In this document: piece by piece, positions 40,509 to 50,240 of the stretch
How positions within the stretch are numbered: the stretch's first letter is position 1
How the letters are laid out: each line of letters begins with the position of its first letter
Made by a program: the position numbers and the translations under genes
Notes under the pieces: generated by a model
What the model saw: only the letters and a program-made list of their open reading frames with translations
The model's database searches: none
What the model was told of the DNA's origin: nothing
NCBI GenBank assembly: GCA_011056555.1
Contig: DSEQ01000009.1
Location: 16,281-80,280, forward strand
Length of the DNA: 64,000 bases
From: Candidatus Zixiibacteriota bacterium
Lineage (GTDB): Bacteria > Zixibacteria > MSB-5A5 > JAABVY01
Reading direction: 5' to 3'

Positions 40509-40937
40509 TCAGGCTACTCGTTCGACCAAATTCCTGAGCCTCTTTACCACAGTCTTGATTACGCCCTGCGCAATCTGCACATGGTCGGCCAGCAGATCGA
40601 TGAAATCCTCGCGGTCGACACGAAGCAGACGGCAGTCTGCGGCCGCGGTTGCGGTTACCACTCTCGGCTCCTCATCAAAAAGAGCCCAGGTACCAAAGGC
40701 ATCGTCTTTTTCTGCAGTGGAAATTTCCTGGTCGCCTCTGTGCAGCTTCACCTTGCCCTCCAGCACAAGGTAGAGCGCATCCGAGGGATCATGTTCCTTG
40801 TAGATCACGTCCCCCTTGATATATTCCACTTCCTCTGCTATCGAGGCCAGAGAGGCCAGCTGCTCGGTGGGCACTTCCGAGAAAACATCGATATTCTGCA
40901 AAAGAATTACTTTTTCAACAATAGAAAGCATACTCAA
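40509..40937 (-). CDS. Stand-alone cyclic-nucleotide-binding (CAP/cNMP) domain protein
   Basis: 142 aa. GDVIYKEHDPSDALYLVLEGKVKL...FGTWALFDEEPRVVTATAAADCRLL follows the cNMP beta-roll and phosphate-binding-cassette pattern. Confidence 0.8.
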   Translation of the reverse strand: MSMLSIVEKVILLQNIDVFSEVPTEQLASLASIAEEVEYIKGDVIYKEHDPSDALYLVLEGKVKLHRGDQEISTAEKDDAFGTWALFDEEPRVVTATAAADCRLLRVDREDFIDLLADHVQIAQGVIKTVVKRLRNLVERVA

Positions 40938-40986
40938 TACTCTTTATTTAAACAACGTCATTTCCACATCAAAGTTCTTACAGGCA

Positions 40987-43758
40987 CTATGTTTCAAACC
41001 GCTTAACCACTCTTTCCGCAGTCTCCTTTACCAATGGGTCGGGATCATTTTGAGCGTCGTGGATTAGCTTCCTCATATTCTCGGAAGCATTAGCGGTAAC
41101 ATTATAGATCGCACAACACCTGAGCCAATTATCGTGACCCTTGATAAGGCGCTCCAGGGCTTCCTCCCGGGTACGGGTCTTGACACGGAAAAACTCCTCG
41201 CCTTTGCGAAGCACTGTTTCGACCGGAACATCATCGAGTATCGGGAGAATATATTTCTTTACGTCGCGACTCAGGAGATTATCGAGAAACTCGATAGCAT
41301 TGGCCTGAAGCACCTTTTTGCCGCTCACGAACCCCTGATAGGCATAAAATATGTCTGTGGGAGGATAGACCAGACCCAGGAGCCGGAATATCCGTTCGAG
41401 GTTGTACTGCTGTTTTTCTTCCAGCGCCTTTTTCAGGAGTTTGGAACCCGGTGATTCATCGAATTGCCTGTGGGAATATAGGATCTGGTAAATTTCATAA
41501 TAATCCTTGATTTCATTCAGAAGGACCTGTTCCACCTTCCCATGGTCAAAGCTGAGCTCCGAATAGACGCTTCGCAGGCTGTTCAGGGCTTTGACCACAT
41601 GATATTTCAGGGAGGGTTCCACCTTATCCAGGTTGTCGGTCAAAACATCAACTGTCTCCTGCTCAGGAATCAGCTTCATCACCCTTGGTATATTTTTGCG
41701 AATATTGTAATCGACTGCGCGGTCGTGCAGGTAATCGCTGAGGGTCCCCAGCACGCCTGTTCCGAAATCGGCCAGCGCTTTGCGAACATTTGCGCGCAAA
41801 TCCCTGTCGGTCAATCTCTCGATCAGCCAGGGTATATATTTGCGCCGTTTCAAACGGCCGATGCATTCTATCGCATTTTTCACCACCTCGATCGACTTAT
41901 CATTAAGCAGAATCTCTATGTAGCCGCTGAATTCCGGTTTGTTCACCACGCCCAGAATCCGGGCGACCTGAATACGGCTCAATTCCGCCTCCTCAGATAT
42001 ATCGCGCATGGCCGCCTTTATGAGTTCCTCATCGACCAGCTCCCTTTCCTCCGGACGGCCATAATCGGTAAGATATGCCAGAGCTGCATTGACTATGCGA
42101 GGGTCATCGCTGCGCAGGTATTCCCGCAGTTTTTCCAGAGTATCTCCCTCGGTTCGGGAGCATATGAAGTGCACGGCCTCCGAACGGACCTCAATGTCCT
42201 CATCAGTCAGCATCTTCTCTACTATCTCCATATGCGAGCGGTCGCCATGCTCGAGAAGCACCTTCAGCGCATCGAGCCTGATGTCGGCCGACTCATGCCT
42301 CAAATGAGGAACTACTTTTTCCACCCTCTCAACATTCTTCACCGAACGCAGCATCTCCAGCGCATATCCAATCTGCCGATCATTGGGGCTGTCCAGCGAA
42401 TTTATCAGCGCATTGATGGTGGAGCGGTCATCGATCTGAACGGTGAGCCTGGAATAGTCGATCTCGCGCTTTTCAATGGCTCTGCGGAATGAATTCAGAT
42501 ATTCCTTCCGCATGAAGACAGTCAGGGTTAACCAGATAAGCAGTAATCCAATCACGATCAGACTGATTTCCTTTACCGTCAGATGAAAGACGAGGGTGCA
42601 GAGAAGCAGAAGGGCGCCGGCAAATCCGCGGAACCACCTGTCCACGAACATATCGATAAATATTTTTGTGCGCTTTTTTACCTCCAGCGGTATGGGCAAA
42701 AACAGCAATTCCCTGCCGGTCTTGTCCATAGAATATTTTATACTGCCATCCACTCCCCTCAGCATTATACCGGCAATCAAGCCGGGGAAGAGAAACATCG
42801 CCGCTGAGCCAAGCAATAATCCCGTCGGCAGAAACATAATGATACCGCCCACCCCCAAAAAGCGAATTAGCCTGTATGTAAAAAACAATTGCAGTATTAG
42901 TGAAGCCATGCTGAGCCAGCTGTAGAACTGTCCGAAGAATGATGTCAGATCAGCTTTTTCCGGATAAGCAGCTTTGGATACGGTTTTGAACTGCCAATCC
43001 ACAAATGAAGCCACCATCATGGTTATAGCTATAATACCCACAAGCAATAACAGGTGGCGTGACCTGAAAATCGTCTTTGTAATCTGCCCCAGCTTTTCCC
43101 CGGGGGGCTCGCGATGGCGAGCGGAACGCTGAAGTTCCTTCTCCGAAACAGTCTTCTTCTTCCAGATTACGGCTACCAGTAAAGCTACAATTACGAGCGG
43201 TACCATACAGATAAATAAGAGGTTTTCCGTGCCTACATCCAGGGCCTTGACGAGGAAACTGGTGACCTGTCCACCGGTGAAGGCGCCGATAATCCCCCCC
43301 AGTCCGAGTAATGTGAAGACTCGTTTGGCCTGTGCAGAATTATACACGGCATTGGCCAGAAGCCAGAATTGGGAGGTCGTAAGCACGCCATAGATGCTCA
43401 CCCATGTATAAAATAGATAATAAACCCAGGCGCTGGAGATCTGGACCAGCCAGCGCAGAATAAAAAGATTCACTATAATAATGGCAAGAGTGAAAATAAT
43501 CAGTCGATTCAGCTTCAACGAACGGCTGGCCCTGGAATAAAGTGTAACAACAGGAGCGGTCACCAGGGCGGTGATAATGAAAACAAGCGGGAGCATCTCC
43601 GAACTGACCCTCACCAGAAACAGCGAATCCCTGGCGGGTTTAAGCAGGTAATAGCTCAAAAGGATCAGGTAATAACTGGACAGCATCAGCAGGGTCAGTG
43701 CGATTTCACCCTTCCTGATGTCAAATATCGATTTGAGAAAACTCTTCATCGAATTCAT
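40987..43758 (-). CDS. TLC/AAA-family (ATP:ADP antiporter-like, MFS-type) membrane domain fused to a C-terminal HEAT-repeat domain
   Basis: 923 aa. The N-terminal LLSYYLLKPARDSLFL resembles the TLC-family start and is followed by ~11-12 TM segments. The C-terminal ~480 aa carry repeated HEAT-like units (ADIRLDALKVLLEHGD, DEDIEVRSEAVHFI, DPRIVNAALAYL, DPLVKETAERV). Confidence 0.7.
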   Translation of the reverse strand: MNSMKSFLKSIFDIRKGEIALTLLMLSSYYLILLSYYLLKPARDSLFLVRVSSEMLPLVFIITALVTAPVVTLYSRASRSLKLNRLIIFTLAIIIVNLFILRWLVQISSAWVYYLFYTWVSIYGVLTTSQFWLLANAVYNSAQAKRVFTLLGLGGIIGAFTGGQVTSFLVKALDVGTENLLFICMVPLVIVALLVAVIWKKKTVSEKELQRSARHREPPGEKLGQITKTIFRSRHLLLLVGIIAITMMVASFVDWQFKTVSKAAYPEKADLTSFFGQFYSWLSMASLILQLFFTYRLIRFLGVGGIIMFLPTGLLLGSAAMFLFPGLIAGIMLRGVDGSIKYSMDKTGRELLFLPIPLEVKKRTKIFIDMFVDRWFRGFAGALLLLCTLVFHLTVKEISLIVIGLLLIWLTLTVFMRKEYLNSFRRAIEKREIDYSRLTVQIDDRSTINALINSLDSPNDRQIGYALEMLRSVKNVERVEKVVPHLRHESADIRLDALKVLLEHGDRSHMEIVEKMLTDEDIEVRSEAVHFICSRTEGDTLEKLREYLRSDDPRIVNAALAYLTDYGRPEERELVDEELIKAAMRDISEEAELSRIQVARILGVVNKPEFSGYIEILLNDKSIEVVKNAIECIGRLKRRKYIPWLIERLTDRDLRANVRKALADFGTGVLGTLSDYLHDRAVDYNIRKNIPRVMKLIPEQETVDVLTDNLDKVEPSLKYHVVKALNSLRSVYSELSFDHGKVEQVLLNEIKDYYEIYQILYSHRQFDESPGSKLLKKALEEKQQYNLERIFRLLGLVYPPTDIFYAYQGFVSGKKVLQANAIEFLDNLLSRDVKKYILPILDDVPVETVLRKGEEFFRVKTRTREEALERLIKGHDNWLRCCAIYNVTANASENMRKLIHDAQNDPDPLVKETAERVVKRFET

Positions 43759-44596
43759 GCCCTCGGCTCTGTACGTAAGATATTAACTAAGCTATATCAG
43801 ATCTATAATCAAGCAATTTATCCGGGTCTGCCGACAATGTCACGGCATATTTTGCCCTTCACCCCTTTTGGAATCAGCATAAGTACTGCCCTCGTGTGGT
43901 TTTCCACTTCAACGCCTAAAGTGGTAAAACACGGATCAAGAGTTTTGTCGATGATGTCTGTCGGTCTCCCGCCGCCGGGACCCGATATTTCCACAAATAT
44001 ACAGTCTTTGTTCAAAAATGTCCTAATTTAAATTTTACCAATTCCACTGTGTAATGCAGACAGGGATGCTTTTTGATTTCTTCATTTGATATTAAATCCC
44101 GCAATTTTCTATGGCCCGATTTGGAATAATATAAAGCATTACTCAGTAACATCTCAATCTCTTTTTTCAAGGGCAGGCAATATTTTAGACTGGATGCGCC
44201 CTCAGAAATCGCGCTGATGGATTCCTTTTAATGAATTCGAAATGAAGTTGAGACCCCAGACAGAAGATACATAACTGCAAGTCTCCCAACAGAATTATCT
44301 ACAGTACCGGAAACGTATTTTTCGGAAAATAATATGGAGACCCTCTGAATCGGGGCGGGATATATGTTCGGATGATATTCGGATTCTATTCCTGCTTCGC
44401 TCGTAAAGATGTTTCAGGTGGGATCAGGGTTTGCTTTTAATGAAATTCTAATGATGGCCTAACATCATTTGGACAAAACAGACGTTATTACTTCAAGTTT
44501 TGACAGATAACATGGTCAAGGGAATAATGGTTTTGATAATTTTTAAAGCTGATATCTGGTAGGCATTCATATCAGATTTATTTTTATGGAGGTTGT

Positions 44597-47527
44597 ATGA
44601 AACAACAGGTAATGAGGTATTGTGCAACATGCGCCGGTACACGACTGCCTTTACTGCTGATAATAGTGTTCGCGGTTCTCTGCCTGACTCAAACAGACCC
44701 GTTATATGCTGCACAGAAGGCCGGCAAGATAAGCGGCAAGATTCTAGATGCTGAAACCGGCGAGCCCCTGCCGGGAGCGGTGGTTCAGATCAAACTTGAA
44801 AGCAGTACAATTGGCGCACAGACGGATTTTGACGGAAATTATCTCATTCGAGAGGTTCCCGTCGGTATTCACGCCCTGGAGATTTTCCTGGCCGGATACC
44901 GAAACACCGTTGTACGAGAGGTCCGGGTAAATTCTGAGGAGGTGACCAATGTGCCCCTGGCACTTCATGCCGAGGCATATGAAGACGAGGAACAGGTTGT
45001 GGAGGCCCGGGTCCTGCCGAATAACGAGGCTGTCCTGCTAATGGAACGCCAGAAGGCGCCCGAGATCGGGAATGCTATCTCGGCTGAGGCAATGTCCAAT
45101 TCCGGCGCCTCGGATGCCGGTGAAGCAATTGCCAAGATCGCCGGAGGTACGATGCAGGGCGGAAAATATGCCAACCTGCGCGGCCTGGAAGAAAGGTATA
45201 TTTCCACCCATCTGAATGGGACCGAACTGGCCAGCGCCGATCCGGATAAAAAGGCTTTTCACATGGACCTGATTCCGACCAATCTCCTGGATAATGTTCA
45301 GGTCATCAAGTCATTCACTCCGGACAGACCCGGTAATTTCTCCGGCGGAATTATAGATATCGGTACCAAGACTTATCCCGAGCAGCTTTCACTTAAGTTC
45401 TCGGTTTCCAGCACCTATAGCTCGGGGGCTTCGTACAATGACAATTTCCTGACCTACCGGGGCGGCAACGATGACTGGCTCGGTTTTGATGACGGTACCA
45501 GGGATGTACCCGATCCTGTCTCCGGCACCGAGCTTCCGCTTTATTCGTATACTATTAATAGTCCCGAAACTGCCCATTCTCTGAGTGAATTGACGAGGTC
45601 ATTCAACAGTGTCATGTCCCCGATTTCCAAAGCTCCGCCGTTAAACAGCGACTACTCCTTCTCGCTCGGCAATCAGACCACCCTTTTCGGGAAGCGGTTA
45701 GGCTACCAGGGCAGTTTCAATTACGGGAGAAAGTACAATTATTATGATGGCGGGCGCCTGGCCTATTATTTCGTATCAGGAGACCCATCCGTTATAGAGG
45801 GCTTGACAAATGACTGGAGAATGTCGGATGCCAGGGGCTCGGAAGAGGTTCTCTGGGGAGGATTGTTTGCAACCTCATATCATATCCATCCCAACCATGA
45901 GTTCGGCGCCGATTACGTTCACACCCAGAGCGGTGAGAACATGGCGCGCTACATTTCAGGGCACTTCTACGACGGCAACCTCTCACCCGAGGCAACCTAT
46001 GAAACACGAGTTTTAAGGTATACCGAGCGTACTCTGAATTCCCTGCAATTCCACGGCAAACACTATCTTCCCGGCCTCTTCAGATCCAATCTCGACTGGA
46101 ATTACTCCTACTCCCGGAACGAGCAGGATGAGCCGGATATGCGCTTCTTCTCGAACCATTTCTATGTCGACGAGGAGAGCGGCGATACCAGCTATTATAT
46201 AGCCCCCAACCTTTACACGCTGCCCCAGAGATATTACCGGGAGCTTGATGAAAATAGCAGCAGCTTCGATATCAACTGGAGTATCCCATTTAAGCAGTGG
46301 AACGGTCAGTCCAGCAAATTCAAATTCGGCGGGCTGTTCTCACAGAAAAACCGGGATTTCCTTGAAAGAGTCTACAATTTCAAAAACCCTGCAAATAAAT
46401 ATGAGTACAACGGCGACCCATCGGAATTCTTCAGCCCTGAAAACCTGGGAATCATCGACAGTACCTTCAATCCCTACAGCCAGACCTGGAGATACGACTG
46501 GACACTTTATGTCTACGACAACTCCGACCCGCGTGCCAATTATACCGGTGATGAAAGTATCAGCGCTTTCTATGGCTTGCTCGACATACCCCTTTCAACC
46601 AGATTGCGTGTGATAGCCGGCGCCAGGTTCGAAACTACTGGAATTGAGGTGGCTCCAGTCGATACCAGTTATGAAAGCGGCTCAATCGATACCGATGATC
46701 TCCTGCCATCCGTTAACCTGACCTATGCGCTCAATAAAAAGATGAACCTTCGTGCCGCCTACGGGCGCACACTGGCGCGCCCCACCTTCCGTGAAATGGC
46801 GCCCTACCCGTCATGGGATTTCGCCAATGAATTCTATTTCATTGGCAATCCCGAACTGATGAGAACGCTGATAGACAATTTTGATGTCCGCTGGGAGTAT
46901 TTCATAAGGCCCGGCGAGCTTCTTGCTCTCAGCTTATTCTATAAGGACTTCCAGAATCCAATCGAACGGGCTATCAAACATGAGAACGGCGAAATCCAGT
47001 ACCAGAATGTCGATCAGGCGACCGTCTATGGAATAGAATTCGAGATAAGAAAGAACCTGGATGTCTTAACCGGATGGCTCCGAAATTTTACGATAACATC
47101 GAACCTGACCTTGATCAATTCGCAGGTCGATATACCGGAAACAGAGCTGGACATCATCAGATCCTATGATCCCGATGCAGATGATACCAGGCCTCTTCAG
47201 GGCCAGTCGCCCTACATCCTGAATATCGACCTTACTTATGACAACCATAGAACCGGTACTATGGCCAATCTCTCATTCAATGTCTTCGGCGAGAGGCTTT
47301 ACGAAGTCAGCCAGGGAGCTACTCCTGATGTTTATGAGCAATCCCGGCCGGACCTGAAACTCATCCTGAAGCAGGGACTCTTTGGCGGAATCGATTTAAG
47401 GTTGAAATTCAGCAATATCCTCAATCCATCATATAAGAACGTCCATCATTTCCGCGGCGATGATTACATCAGAATGGAACATAAAGAGGGCCGCAGATTC
47501 TCGATCGGATTGAGTTATAGCATATAG
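44597..47527 (+). CDS. TonB-dependent receptor with an N-terminal carboxypeptidase-regulatory-like domain
   Basis: Signal peptide, then GKILDAETGEPLPGAVVQI...TDFDGNYLIREVPVG (CarboxypepD_reg), a plug region (YANLRGLEERYISTHLNG) and a long beta-barrel ending RRFSIGLSYSI. Confidence 0.9.
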   Translation: MKQQVMRYCATCAGTRLPLLLIIVFAVLCLTQTDPLYAAQKAGKISGKILDAETGEPLPGAVVQIKLESSTIGAQTDFDGNYLIREVPVGIHALEIFLAGYRNTVVREVRVNSEEVTNVPLALHAEAYEDEEQVVEARVLPNNEAVLLMERQKAPEIGNAISAEAMSNSGASDAGEAIAKIAGGTMQGGKYANLRGLEERYISTHLNGTELASADPDKKAFHMDLIPTNLLDNVQVIKSFTPDRPGNFSGGIIDIGTKTYPEQLSLKFSVSSTYSSGASYNDNFLTYRGGNDDWLGFDDGTRDVPDPVSGTELPLYSYTINSPETAHSLSELTRSFNSVMSPISKAPPLNSDYSFSLGNQTTLFGKRLGYQGSFNYGRKYNYYDGGRLAYYFVSGDPSVIEGLTNDWRMSDARGSEEVLWGGLFATSYHIHPNHEFGADYVHTQSGENMARYISGHFYDGNLSPEATYETRVLRYTERTLNSLQFHGKHYLPGLFRSNLDWNYSYSRNEQDEPDMRFFSNHFYVDEESGDTSYYIAPNLYTLPQRYYRELDENSSSFDINWSIPFKQWNGQSSKFKFGGLFSQKNRDFLERVYNFKNPANKYEYNGDPSEFFSPENLGIIDSTFNPYSQTWRYDWTLYVYDNSDPRANYTGDESISAFYGLLDIPLSTRLRVIAGARFETTGIEVAPVDTSYESGSIDTDDLLPSVNLTYALNKKMNLRAAYGRTLARPTFREMAPYPSWDFANEFYFIGNPELMRTLIDNFDVRWEYFIRPGELLALSLFYKDFQNPIERAIKHENGEIQYQNVDQATVYGIEFEIRKNLDVLTGWLRNFTITSNLTLINSQVDIPETELDIIRSYDPDADDTRPLQGQSPYILNIDLTYDNHRTGTMANLSFNVFGERLYEVSQGATPDVYEQSRPDLKLILKQGLFGGIDLRLKFSNILNPSYKNVHHFRGDDYIRMEHKEGRRFSIGLSYSI

Positions 47528-47574
47528 TGAATAATTACTGATACACTAATTTTATAAATATTATAGGAGGAAAC

Positions 47575-48990
47575 GTGAAAAAGTACCTGTCAGTAACATT
47601 GAAACCCATATTTGCACTTGTGGCAATCCTGACCCTGGCGGTCTTTACCGGATGCAGTGACGATGACAACAATAGTTCGGTCGGTCCTGATGACGGCGAT
47701 GAATCTTTCGCCTTTTTATTCGATGATATGATCCAGGCCGGTGACAGCATGAACCTTTCTGCCGATAGCAACTGGCTCGTGAGCGGCTTCGTGTTTGTCG
47801 AGGAAGGCGCCGCATTGTCGATAGAACCGGGCGCGGTCATACGATTTAGGCCGGGTACCGGAGTCAATGCCAGCGCTTTGATAATTGCCCGGGGCGGAAG
47901 GATCTGGGCCAACGGCACGCAGGATAATCCCATCATCTTTACAGCGGAAGTTGACGATGTCAATGATCCCAGCGACCTGGGCCTCTTCGACAACGGTCTC
48001 TGGGGCGGTTTGATCATCCTTGGAAGCGCAACCGTGAATACCCCTACAGGTCTCAGCCAGATCGAAGGCATCCCTTCGGACGAAATTCGCGGCGAATACG
48101 GCGGAAATGACGACAACGACAATTCCGGGTCGCTCCGCTATGTCTCTATCCGTCACGGCGGATCGGAAATCGGGGCTGCCAACGAGATCAACGGTTTGAC
48201 CCTGGGCGGAGTCGGCAGACAGACTGTAATTGAATATGTCGAAATCTACTCCAATTTTGATGATGGTGTGGAATTCTTCGGCGGTGTACCCAGCACCAGG
48301 AACATCGCGGTCGCCTTCTGCGGCGATGACGCTTTTGATTATGATGAAGGGTTCCGCGGCAATGGCCAGTTCTGGTTTGCGGTGCAACATGAAAAAGTCG
48401 GCAACAGGTGCGGCGAGCATGACGGCGCCACAGGCGATGAGCAGGGTACACCCTTTGCTCATCCTATCATCTCCAACGCCACCTACATCGGCTCCGGAAA
48501 CCGCTCCGCCAACAGCGACAACGATTACGCAATCATCATGCGTGATAACGCAGGCGGTGAATATCACAACAGCATCTTCTACGGTTTCCAGGGCTCCGGC
48601 TTGCATGTCGAGGACAAGACCGGCGAAGCGATCGAACACAGCCGTGCCCGGCTTGAGGCCGGCGATATCGTCTTCAATAACAATATCTGGTACAGCTTTG
48701 GCGCAGGCAACACAATGAACGATGTTTTCCAGCAGGAGTTCGTCAGAACCGTTATGGCTCAGCAGGGCTGGACCAACGAAATGGTCGATCCGTTAATCAA
48801 CTCAGTGGCCAGGCTTAATACCGGCGCATTGAATCCGGTGCCCAGTGCATCCGGACCTGCCGCCAATGCGGCTGATCAGCCCGCAGGCGCTTTCTTCCAG
48901 AATGTCAGCTACAAAGGCGCATTTCAGCCCGGTTCTGCAAACTGGCTTAAGGGATGGACGGCCCTGGATCATTACGGGTTCCTGCAATAA
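47575..48990 (+). CDS. Lipoprotein of unknown function, partner of the TonB-dependent receptor
   Basis: Lipobox LAVFTGCSDDD. The Gly/Asp-rich repetitive segments (GGLIILGSATVN, GLTLGGVGRQTVIEYVEIY, DDGVEFFGG, DDAFDYDEG) suggest a beta-helix-like fold. It starts 48 nt after the receptor gene. Confidence 0.6.
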   Translation: MKKYLSVTLKPIFALVAILTLAVFTGCSDDDNNSSVGPDDGDESFAFLFDDMIQAGDSMNLSADSNWLVSGFVFVEEGAALSIEPGAVIRFRPGTGVNASALIIARGGRIWANGTQDNPIIFTAEVDDVNDPSDLGLFDNGLWGGLIILGSATVNTPTGLSQIEGIPSDEIRGEYGGNDDNDNSGSLRYVSIRHGGSEIGAANEINGLTLGGVGRQTVIEYVEIYSNFDDGVEFFGGVPSTRNIAVAFCGDDAFDYDEGFRGNGQFWFAVQHEKVGNRCGEHDGATGDEQGTPFAHPIISNATYIGSGNRSANSDNDYAIIMRDNAGGEYHNSIFYGFQGSGLHVEDKTGEAIEHSRARLEAGDIVFNNNIWYSFGAGNTMNDVFQQEFVRTVMAQQGWTNEMVDPLINSVARLNTGALNPVPSASGPAANAADQPAGAFFQNVSYKGAFQPGSANWLKGWTALDHYGFLQ

Positions 48991-49017
48991 CAGGAGTGAT
49001 GCCACTTAGATGTTTCT

Positions 49018-49050
49018 ATATGGGACCCTTATCAGGTCCCATATTTTTAA
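49018..49050 (+). terminator. Rho-independent terminator after the lipoprotein gene
   Basis: Perfect 10-bp stem ATATGGGACC / GGTCCCATAT, a 7-nt loop, then TTTTAATTTT. Confidence 0.7.
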
Positions 49051-49173
49051 TTTTATTTAACATGGAATAAAGTTTGGCGGAACAATTCTATTGCTTTTGA
49101 TATTTTACATTTCTAATATTTGGTTGACGTAAGAGAAACCCATAAACTCCATAATCTTTTAAAGGAGGTACTG

Positions 49174-49704
49174 ATGCTCAAGAAGCTAACAATTATCGCT
49201 ATCGCACTGATTCTGGTTATTCCGGTAATCGGGAATGCCAAGGATCTCACAGGACGGTTCAGTCTGGGTTATTTTGATTCCGATGCCCCGGTTGGATTCC
49301 GTTACTGGGTGAATGATAAAATCGGCCTCGACCTCGGCCTGGGATTTGAATCGGTCGACCTGGGTGAAGAGAACGGGACCTCATTCTGGGTTGAAGCGGG
49401 AGTCCCCTATGTTGTCTACCCGACTGACAGGGCCAATTTCTTCATCCGTCCCGGTGTTGTCTTTGCAAGTCTCGACAACCGCGTTTACGGTTCGGGTCCC
49501 CTGGATGAGAAGTGGACAGTATTCACAATATTATTGACCCCGGGAGCTGAGGTCTTTTTCGGTGACCATTTTTCGCTGCAGGCGGCGCATGGCTTTGCAT
49601 TAAGAATCACCTCTCCTCCGGATGAGATTAGCGATGAATCTTCAACCGATTTCAGCTCGATTGCCGCAAGCGTCACGACTATCGGCTTCCATTTCTATTT
49701 TTAG
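49174..49704 (+). CDS. Small outer-membrane beta-barrel protein
   Basis: The start at 49174 follows AAAGGAGG. Signal peptide KKLTIIAIALILVIPVIGNA, alternating beta-strand pattern, and a C-terminal IGFHFYF ending in aromatic Phe. Confidence 0.6.
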   Translation: MLKKLTIIAIALILVIPVIGNAKDLTGRFSLGYFDSDAPVGFRYWVNDKIGLDLGLGFESVDLGEENGTSFWVEAGVPYVVYPTDRANFFIRPGVVFASLDNRVYGSGPLDEKWTVFTILLTPGAEVFFGDHFSLQAAHGFALRITSPPDEISDESSTDFSSIAASVTTIGFHFYF

Positions 49705-49738
49705 AAATTAGCTGTCGATCATAATCTTTTGATTAAAG

Positions 49739-49768
49739 GGTATGGGCATTGTCCCATACCTTTTTTTT
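49739..49768 (+). terminator. Rho-independent terminator after the OM barrel gene
   Basis: Stem GGTATGGG / CCCATACC, a 6-nt loop, then an eight-T run. Confidence 0.7.
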
Positions 49769-49859
49769 CGTTGCTGCTTGAAATCTCATCTTGCTGCATT
49801 ATCTTATCCATTTAGGAACAAAATGAACTGTGCATGGATTTAAAGGAGGCTGAAATCAT

Positions 49860-50216
49860 ATGAAGAATATAGAAATCAAAGATGACAAGTGGATTAATGC
49901 CGAAGGCTACAAGAAGCAGATACTGGCTTCCAGCGAGGATTTCGATTCCGAGGGTGTACTGGCACAGGTGGTGGTAATCGGTCCGGGATCTGTGGTCAGA
50001 CCGCACTATCATAAAAGCACCTATGAATATTATTATGTCATGCAGGGTGATGTCGCCTTCACCATAAACGGCGAGATTCGGAGATTAAAGGCTGGCGAGA
50101 TGATGATGACGGAGCCTAATGATATCCACAAAGTCGAAAACGATTCTGATGAGGATTTCATGGTTCTGGTCTTCAAGAGCAATTATGTAAAGAATGATAC
50201 TTACTGGGCGGAGTGA
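49860..50216 (+). CDS. Cupin-domain protein
   Basis: 118 aa with the cupin motifs GSVVRPHYHKSTYEYYYVMQG and GEMMMTEPNDIHKVEN. Confidence 0.8.
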   Translation: MKNIEIKDDKWINAEGYKKQILASSEDFDSEGVLAQVVVIGPGSVVRPHYHKSTYEYYYVMQGDVAFTINGEIRRLKAGEMMMTEPNDIHKVENDSDEDFMVLVFKSNYVKNDTYWAE

Positions 50217-50240
50217 ATTAGTTTATCTTCTCTAATATGT

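Noticed and set aside
41542-42492. 316-aa plus-strand ORF
   Set aside because: It is antisense to the HEAT-repeat half of the 923-aa gene. The composition is typical of a shadow frame.
43818-44015. 65-aa minus-strand ORF (TTG start) and its 64-aa antisense partner
   Set aside because: It has a weak start codon, no Shine-Dalgarno and no motif, and two mutually antisense ORFs of equal size suggest chance. I kept it only as a note within the long intergenic finding.
44016-44596. Cobalamin or TPP riboswitch ahead of the TonB-dependent receptor
   Set aside because: I could not find a B12 box (GCCACTG-type core) or the TPP CTGAGA/ACCTGA elements on the plus strand.
47535-48639. Minus-strand ORFs of 195 aa and 307 aa
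   Set aside because: They are antisense to the receptor-associated lipoprotein gene, which has a lipobox, a Shine-Dalgarno and a terminator. They are shadow frames.
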